A DNA stretch of 64,000 nt. Origin: an uncultured Clostridia bacterium (GTDB lineage: Bacteria; Acidobacteriota; Aminicenantia; JBFLYD01; JBBIMS01). This document shows, piece by piece, positions 58,677-64,000 of the stretch. The DNA lies in assembly GCA_964649495.1 (NCBI GenBank), contig CAZYPR010000003.1:17879-81878 (forward strand), read 5' to 3'. The notes under the pieces are model-generated. The model saw only the letters and a program-made list of their open reading frames with translations. It was not told the DNA's origin and searched no databases. Within the stretch, counting starts at the first letter, position 1; every line of letters starts with the position of its first letter. A program made the translations under genes and the position numbers.

Positions 58677-59358
58677 GATAAGGATTGATGGTATTGAGTT
58701 TGATGCTCCTGAGAACTGGACAATCCTTGAAACAGCAAAATTTCTCGGGCTTGAAATACCGACCCTCTGCTATTATGAGGGTTTAACTCCATGGGGTGGA
58801 TGCAGAATCTGTCTTGTTGAGATTGGCAAAGATAATAATACAAAGCTTGTTACATCCTGCACATATCCTGTGGAAGAAGGATTAAATGTAAAAACTTCCA
58901 CTCCAAGGGTATTGAAGGCAAGAAAAATGATGTTAGAACTAATGATTGCCCAGTGCCCGACATCAAAGGTTCTTCAGGATATGGCAGCAAAGATAGGAGT
59001 GGATAAAGTTAGATTCAAGCCAAAATGGGAAACATGCATTTACTGTGGGCTATGTGTAAGAATGTGTGAAGAGCAGATGATGGCTTCAGCTATTGGATTT
59101 GTCAACAGAGGGAATAAACTCAAAATTACAACTCCCTTTGATATTTCCTCTGAAGATTGTAGAAGATGCGGAGGATGTATTTACATTTGCCCTGCCTGCA
59201 CTCTCAGATGCGAAGGTGGAAAGCCCCAATCTGTGATCTGCGCAAGATGCGAGAACTCTCTTCAACCAACCTGTGTTGAAGTATACGGCAATTTCACATG
59301 CTGGATGGGTTTAAAAGGAGAATGTGGAACTTGCGTCCCAATAGAAAAGACCAAATGA
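58669..59358 (+). CDS. NuoG/HydA N-terminal-like Fe-S protein (2Fe-2S plus multiple 4Fe-4S) that lacks any H-cluster or molybdopterin catalytic domain
   Basis: It has the 2Fe-2S ferredoxin start MAKIRIDGIEFDAPENWTILETAKFLGLEIPTLCYYEG...CRICLVEI, followed by CPTSKV, CIYCGLCVRMCEE, CRRCGGCIYICPAC and a Cys-rich tail. It is only 229 aa. The ATG at 58669 overlaps the previous stop. Confidence 0.7.
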   Translation: MAKIRIDGIEFDAPENWTILETAKFLGLEIPTLCYYEGLTPWGGCRICLVEIGKDNNTKLVTSCTYPVEEGLNVKTSTPRVLKARKMMLELMIAQCPTSKVLQDMAAKIGVDKVRFKPKWETCIYCGLCVRMCEEQMMASAIGFVNRGNKLKITTPFDISSEDCRRCGGCIYICPACTLRCEGGKPQSVICARCENSLQPTCVEVYGNFTCWMGLKGECGTCVPIEKTK

Positions 59359-59415
59359 AAGCAATTCAATTTTTGAGAATTCTTTTAAATTTTCCATGAA
59401 AGGAGGTTTTATAAA

Positions 59416-60993
59416 ATGAGCTTTACAAAAATAAACGCAACAGCGGCAACATTAACAAAGAACAGGACCGAGGGTTCTGTAGTCCCAATAAGTGGAATGT
59501 GTGTAACATGTGTGGATGGGTGTATAGGAATGTGTGAAATAGGAAAATCAGCCTACCGTGGAGCAGAGGCAATCTATCCTCAGCCCTTCGGTATTATTAC
59601 CTCTGCGGGAGAGAAAGATTATCCCATTGACCTTTCCCATTTTTCCATAATGGGCTCTGCTACAGGTGCGTATGGAATTGAGGCTGATTCAGACAAGGCA
59701 ATCTTCCCAAATGTAAATTTGGAGAGAAGGATTGGAAGAGACAAGGGGATTAAGTTGAGACTTCCAATTGTTCTTGGAGGACTTGGCTCCACAGCCATTG
59801 CAAAGAATAACTGGGAAGGAATAGCGGGTGGAGCAGCAATAACAGGGATAATATGCACAGTGGGTGAGAATATCTGCGGAATGGATCCCCAGTCGGAAAT
59901 TGTTAATGGTAAAGTTAAACGCTCCCCTGAAATGGAAAGAAGAATAAGGCTTTACAGGGAGTGGCAGCAGGACGGTTATGGAACAATTGCAGTTCAGGCT
60001 AATGTGGAGGATACAAGACTTGGTGTTCATGAGTATGTTATTGAAAAACTTGGTGTTGAGGCAGTTGAGCTAAAATGGGGACAAGGAGCAAAGGATATTG
60101 GTGGAGAGGTAAAGATTAAAGATCTGAAGATGGCACAAATGTTGAAGGATAGAGGATATGTTGTGCTTCCTGATCCCTATGACCCAGAGGTTATAAAATC
60201 CTTTGAGAGAAAGGTTTTCCACGAGTTTGAAAGACATTCAAGGGTTGGAATGGTTGATCTTGAATCTTTCTGCAAGAGAGTGGAGGAGCTCAGAAAGTTC
60301 GGAGCAAAATATGTATTTTTGAAGACAGGGGCTTACAGACCTCAGGATCTTGCAAGAGCTGTAAAATATGCTTCAGAAGCCCAAATTGATCTTTTAACAG
60401 TTGACGGAGCGGGAGGCGGAACTGGAATGAGCCCATGGAGAATGATGAATGAGTGGGGGGTTCCACCTATAGAGCTCTGGTCCCTTCTCTATCAGTATCT
60501 TGACAAACTTGCTAAAAAAGGAAAATATATACCAGATGTGGCTGTAGCCAGTGGAATAATTCTTGAAGACCAGATTTTTAAAGCCCTTGCAATTGGTGCT
60601 CCTTACTTCAAATTGGTTTGCATGGCAAGAGGTCCTGTTGCAGCTGCAATGGTTGGAAAGAATATAATTAGAATGATGGAGGAAGGTCAGACTCCTGTTT
60701 ATGTAACTCGATTTGGAGTTTCAAAGGAAGAGATTTTTGTTACCGCTCCTGAACTTAAGAGAAGATATGGTGATAGATTCGAGCAGATACCAGCTGGAGC
60801 AATGGGACTTTACACCTACATGAAAAGAATTGAACAGGGGCTTAAACAACTAATGGCAGGAAGCAGAAAATTCTCCCTTGATTATATAACAAGAGATGAT
60901 ATTGCAGCAATAACAAAGGAAGCAGCTGGGATTAGCGGAATTAAATATGTAATGGAACTGGACAAAGAAGAAGCAGAAAAGATTCTTGAATAG
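59416..60993 (+). CDS. FMN-dependent glutamate-synthase-domain-2-like oxidoreductase (GltB central-domain family) with an N-terminal Cys cluster
   Basis: It has LLTVDGAGGGTGMSPWRMMNEWGVP, the GltS FMN-domain DGxxGGTG signature, and an N-terminal CVTCVDGCIGMCEIGK (Cx2Cx3Cx3C). It is 525 aa with a strong aaaggagg RBS. Confidence 0.7.
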   Translation: MSFTKINATAATLTKNRTEGSVVPISGMCVTCVDGCIGMCEIGKSAYRGAEAIYPQPFGIITSAGEKDYPIDLSHFSIMGSATGAYGIEADSDKAIFPNVNLERRIGRDKGIKLRLPIVLGGLGSTAIAKNNWEGIAGGAAITGIICTVGENICGMDPQSEIVNGKVKRSPEMERRIRLYREWQQDGYGTIAVQANVEDTRLGVHEYVIEKLGVEAVELKWGQGAKDIGGEVKIKDLKMAQMLKDRGYVVLPDPYDPEVIKSFERKVFHEFERHSRVGMVDLESFCKRVEELRKFGAKYVFLKTGAYRPQDLARAVKYASEAQIDLLTVDGAGGGTGMSPWRMMNEWGVPPIELWSLLYQYLDKLAKKGKYIPDVAVASGIILEDQIFKALAIGAPYFKLVCMARGPVAAAMVGKNIIRMMEEGQTPVYVTRFGVSKEEIFVTAPELKRRYGDRFEQIPAGAMGLYTYMKRIEQGLKQLMAGSRKFSLDYITRDDIAAITKEAAGISGIKYVMELDKEEAEKILE

Positions 60994-61010
60994 TTTTAAT
61001 TAGATATTAA

Positions 61011-61076
61011 GAGAGGGGAAATAGCTAATAGCTGTGAGTTTTTAGCTGTTAGTAAATTCCCCTCTCATTTTTATCC
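61011..61076. terminator. Bidirectional intrinsic terminator between convergent genes
   Basis: A perfect 10-bp inverted repeat, GAGAGGGGAA (61011-61020) with TTCCCCTCTC (61067-61076), encloses a nested 9-bp hairpin (CTAATAGCT...AGCTGTTAG). T-runs follow on both strands. Confidence 0.5.
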
Positions 61077-61120
61077 CTACCCCAAAGGGAGTTAAATCTT
61101 TCCTCCCGAGAGCTAACTGC

Positions 61121-61807
61121 TCATTGCTGAGAAAATGAGCTTTTTGCCTTTGCAATCAATTCCCTCAATTCCCTTGCAGATTCTTCTGGGTCAGGAGAGC
61201 TAACAATTGCAGAGACCACTGCAACGCCATCAGCACCACTTTTTATAACATCAATAACATTTTCCCTGTTTATTCCTCCAATTCCAATAACAGGAACTCT
61301 TACAGATTCTTTTATTCTCCTTATTCCATCAAGCCCAAGGGGTGATCCTGCATCAGGTTTGGTTGGAGTTGAAAAGACAGGACTCACAGCAATGTAATCC
61401 GCTCCCTTTTCAGATTTCTCAACTGCCTCAAGGACAGATCCTGCAGATGCTCCAATTATAAATTTCTTCCCCAATATTCTTCTTGCAATCTCCACAGGCA
61501 TGTCTTCATTTCCAAGATGAACTCCATCAGCATTAACAGCAAGTGCAACATCAACCCTGTCGTTAATTATAAGGGGTATATTCTTTCCCTCAATAATTTT
61601 CTTTACCTCTAATGCCTCTTCAATAAACTCTTTTGTCGATAAACTCTTCTCCCTCAACTGAATAATGGTAACCCCCCCTTCCACAGCCTTTTTTATCATT
61701 TGGAAAAATGGTAGATTTGAAAGCCTTCTATCTGTTACAAGATAAAGATCCCAAATTATTTTCCTTCTCATTCTAAAATTAAATCTACTTTTTCTCCAGA
61801 GATTCAA
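61121..61807 (-). CDS. thiE: Thiamine-phosphate synthase
   Basis: It has ...LYLVTDRRL..., the TMP-TENI fold, and VIGIGGINRENVIDVIKSGADGVAVVSAI at the C-terminus. The true start is likely at an internal Met, because the N-terminal extension overlaps the upstream TPR gene. Confidence 0.8.
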   Translation of the reverse strand: MNLWRKSRFNFRMRRKIIWDLYLVTDRRLSNLPFFQMIKKAVEGGVTIIQLREKSLSTKEFIEEALEVKKIIEGKNIPLIINDRVDVALAVNADGVHLGNEDMPVEIARRILGKKFIIGASAGSVLEAVEKSEKGADYIAVSPVFSTPTKPDAGSPLGLDGIRRIKESVRVPVIGIGGINRENVIDVIKSGADGVAVVSAIVSSPDPEESARELRELIAKAKSSFSQQ

Positions 61808-62741
61808 TTAGTTTTTTAATCTCTTCAGAATTGGGTGCATTGGGCGAAAGTTCGAGATATTTCTTTAGATTTTCCTTTGCTTTTATGAATTCTCCTTTAT
61901 TAAAATAAGCATATCCAAGTTTTAGATATGGTTCTGACCACTCAGGCTTTATCTGGGATGAAAGAGTAAAAAATTGAATTGCTTCATCAACTTTTCCATT
62001 TGAAAAGTAAATCTCTCCTACATTGTAAGCAAGCACCTCATCCTTGGGATTAATTTCAAGGGATTTTTTGAAACTTTCCTGAGCTGATATATAATCACCC
62101 TTTTTCACAAAAGCTTCTCCCAGTCCTGCTAAAGCCTTCGCTGCAAGCTCATTTCCACTTAAATCCTGTTTTTTCTCTTTTAAATTTGAAATGACAGTAT
62201 TGTATTCTTCTATTGCTTTTTCATACTGACCAAGTTCTTTGTAACAATTTCCTAAATTGTAATGAACCTGAAAAGCTGATGGGTTTTTCTCCAAGAATTT
62301 AATGTATGAGGAGATTGCTTCTTCATACTTTCCTTCATTAAAAAGTTTGTTTCCTTCGTCCAAGAGCTCAATCCCTTCTTCATATTCTGGCTCTGCGGGT
62401 TTAGTTTTTTTAAGGACAATATCAATGGAAGGATTTCTTTCGAGCTGACTTACAAAAATAGCTTGCTCAAAAGGTTCATATCCTTCAGCGGAAACCCTTA
62501 ACATCCATATTCCAGTTCCAAGCCCCATAATAGACCATTTTCCTTTCTTGTCTGTCTTTACATCTCTTACAGCGCCCTTTTCTTCCTGGTGCTCAAGAAT
62601 AATTTTCGCTCCTACAACTGGTTTCCCCTCTTCATCTTTAACAGTCCCCCCAATTCGAGCTGTTCCCCTTCCAGCTTGGGCAAAAATGAGAGAAAATGAA
62701 AGAATCAATATTGTTGCAAAAATTGAGATTCTAACAAACAT
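61785..62741 (-). CDS. Secreted tetratricopeptide-repeat protein with an N-terminal carboxypeptidase-regulatory-like beta domain
   Basis: It has a signal peptide (MFVRISIFATILILSFSLIFAQA), then GTVKDEEGKPVVGAKIIL, followed by multiple TPR units (YNLGNCYKELGQYEKAIEEY...). Confidence 0.7.
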   Translation of the reverse strand: MFVRISIFATILILSFSLIFAQAGRGTARIGGTVKDEEGKPVVGAKIILEHQEEKGAVRDVKTDKKGKWSIMGLGTGIWMLRVSAEGYEPFEQAIFVSQLERNPSIDIVLKKTKPAEPEYEEGIELLDEGNKLFNEGKYEEAISSYIKFLEKNPSAFQVHYNLGNCYKELGQYEKAIEEYNTVISNLKEKKQDLSGNELAAKALAGLGEAFVKKGDYISAQESFKKSLEINPKDEVLAYNVGEIYFSNGKVDEAIQFFTLSSQIKPEWSEPYLKLGYAYFNKGEFIKAKENLKKYLELSPNAPNSEEIKKLIESLEKK

Positions 62742-62758
62742 TTTTAATCCTCCATGAT

Positions 62759-63625
62759 TTATTTAATTTCAATTTTTTTAACCTTTTTCTTAGAACTGTT
62801 ATTTGCATTATTCTTAATTTCAACTTCTATTTCATATCTCCCTTTTTCAAGGTTTACCTCAAAAATTAATGTATGAAATGGTGTTTTTAAATTATTTATA
62901 TCGTCAAGAGTAAATTTTAACATAATTTCTTCACTTTTGCTGAAAACAACTCTCTTTTTTTCATCCTTTACATTAACTGAAAGAATCAAGTTTGTGTAAA
63001 AATCAGAGTCTTTCTTCTCAAGAGCAATTGATTTATATGGAATTTCAATCTTGACAAGATCCCTCTCAAAATTTATCTCAAAATCGATTGAAATCTTAGA
63101 AACTTTTACCTCTGGTCCAATGGTTGCCTGAGAGATATTGATCTGAGCAATCTGATAAGCAGAAAGAGGTGTTAGCTGATATGTTCCAGACCAGTAATAA
63201 TCAACAAAAATTATTGGGAAAAATCCATAATACCAGATTTCAGTAGGAAGATCGCCGTGATATCTTCCCATTGGGTAAGTGTATCTCTCTGTTGGCGGTC
63301 CAAGGAGTATATAAACCATTCCCCTGTCCTGAAGCCATCCATCTTTCCCAAAAAGTTTGTTTGCCTCTTCAATTCTTTTAAAATATTCCTCTCTAAATTC
63401 ATTTTCTTCAGTCTCTGGAACAGGGTCTCTCCTTTTCCAGAATTCCTCAATGAAAGCCTTTCTTTCAGAAGAAGGAAGTGAAAGAAAATTCTTTTTCTCT
63501 TCCTTTGTTATTATGTATCTAACTTTTGAAAGAAATTCTTTCTCTTCAAAGGTTAAATTGTTTTTGATTGATGGTCCGCAGGAAATAATAATTAAAAGAG
63601 AAATAATGACAAAAATATTTTTCAT
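62759..63625 (-). CDS. GWxTD-domain lipoprotein
   Basis: It has a lipobox (LIIISCGPS). It contains ...FWKRRDP...DGWLQDRGMVYILLGPP, matching the GWxTD motif (G-W-x-x-D-R-G). It is 288 aa. Confidence 0.5.
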   Translation of the reverse strand: MKNIFVIISLLIIISCGPSIKNNLTFEEKEFLSKVRYIITKEEKKNFLSLPSSERKAFIEEFWKRRDPVPETEENEFREEYFKRIEEANKLFGKDGWLQDRGMVYILLGPPTERYTYPMGRYHGDLPTEIWYYGFFPIIFVDYYWSGTYQLTPLSAYQIAQINISQATIGPEVKVSKISIDFEINFERDLVKIEIPYKSIALEKKDSDFYTNLILSVNVKDEKKRVVFSKSEEIMLKFTLDDINNLKTPFHTLIFEVNLEKGRYEIEVEIKNNANNSSKKKVKKIEIK

Positions 63626-64000
63626 TTCCCTTTTAGAACTGAAACTATCTTTTTTATTTCTTCTTGAGTGGGATTTATCTCCAAGGACTTCTCAAAAGCA
63701 GAAAGAGCATTCTCTTTATCATTAATTTTTAAATAACACTCACCAATAGAATTAAGAACAGACAATTTCAATCCAAAATTAGAAAGAAATTCCTTGTAAA
63801 GCCTTATAGCTTCGTTATATTCTCCTAATGCCTGGTGAGTCATTGCAAGTATTTCCAATGTTTCTCCTTCTTTTTTATCTGAGGTTGTGAATGGAGAAAG
63901 GATTTCTTTTATATGATCGAACTTTTTCATCAAAAATAGAGCTTTTGAATAGCCAATTGCAAATTTCTGATTCAGGGGATTCATGTGGTAAGCCTCTTTG
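63622..64000 (-). CDS. Tetratricopeptide-repeat protein, partial (5' end probably outside the window)
   Basis: It has TPR units (ALGEYNEAIRLYKEFL...GECYLKINDKENALSAFEKSLEINP). The ORF is open to the window edge. Confidence 0.55.
   Translation of the reverse strand, partial: KEAYHMNPLNQKFAIGYSKALFLMKKFDHIKEILSPFTTSDKKEGETLEILAMTHQALGEYNEAIRLYKEFLSNFGLKLSVLNSIGECYLKINDKENALSAFEKSLEINPTQEEIKKIVSVLKGK

Noticed and set aside
1-64000. CRISPR arrays, transposases, integrases and phage genes
   Set aside because: No regularly spaced direct repeats were found, and no IS/transposase, integrase or phage structural signatures appeared in any frame. The HepT/MNT pairs are the only mobile-associated modules seen.

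Overview
This is an AT-rich bacterial chromosomal segment, probably from a thermophile with a Gram-negative-type envelope (proteins rich in K/E/I; OMP beta-barrels, ExbD, YidC, TPR lipoproteins). Most of it is core housekeeping. Gene content by region:
- Left end: a nucleotide-sugar dehydratase/epimerase cluster (rfbB plus 3 SDR paralogs), ending in a fused polyprenol-kinase/DUF92 membrane protein.
- Cofactor and repair genes: thiC, an endonuclease IV-like TIM barrel, an MBL hydrolase and an aldehyde dehydrogenase.
- A class-I fumarase alpha subunit, followed by a porG-porD-porA-porB 2-oxoacid:ferredoxin oxidoreductase operon whose delta subunit is fused to a GltD-like NAD(P)H flavoprotein.
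- tlpA, then two HepT/MNT type VII toxin-antitoxin pairs, one beside tRNA-Ser(GCU).
- ffh and small envelope genes: an FmdB zinc ribbon, NfeD-SPFH, DUF2085 and a YegS-like lipid kinase.
- The rpoD-dnaG operon.
- The rpmH-rnpA-yidD-yidC-jag-mnmE cluster.
- exbD, then mreBCD-mrdA-rodA.
- An archaeal-type HMG-CoA synthase/thiolase/DUF35 trio, followed by MccB-like carboxyltransferase and methylglutaconyl-CoA-hydratase-like genes.
- A Hanks-type Ser/Thr kinase and rsmE.
- The hrcA-grpE-dnaK-dnaJ operon, which lacks a CIRCE operator.
- A NuoE/NuoF/truncated-NuoG (bifurcating-hydrogenase-like flavin module) operon ending in a GltB-like FMN oxidoreductase.
- thiE, and TPR/GWxTD lipoproteins at the right end.

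No CRISPR arrays, transposases or integrases were seen. The candidates for novelty are:
1. The Bfu-like NuoEFG plus GltB-like operon.
2. The HMGCS-trio plus MccB/LiuC cluster.
3. The GltD-PorD fusion.
4. The kinase-kinase fusion protein.
5. A ~250 nt GC-enriched structured element with an intrinsic terminator inside a 700 bp intergenic gap upstream of ffh.
6. A recurrent 19-nt AT-rich motif placed exactly 17 nt upstream of start codons.
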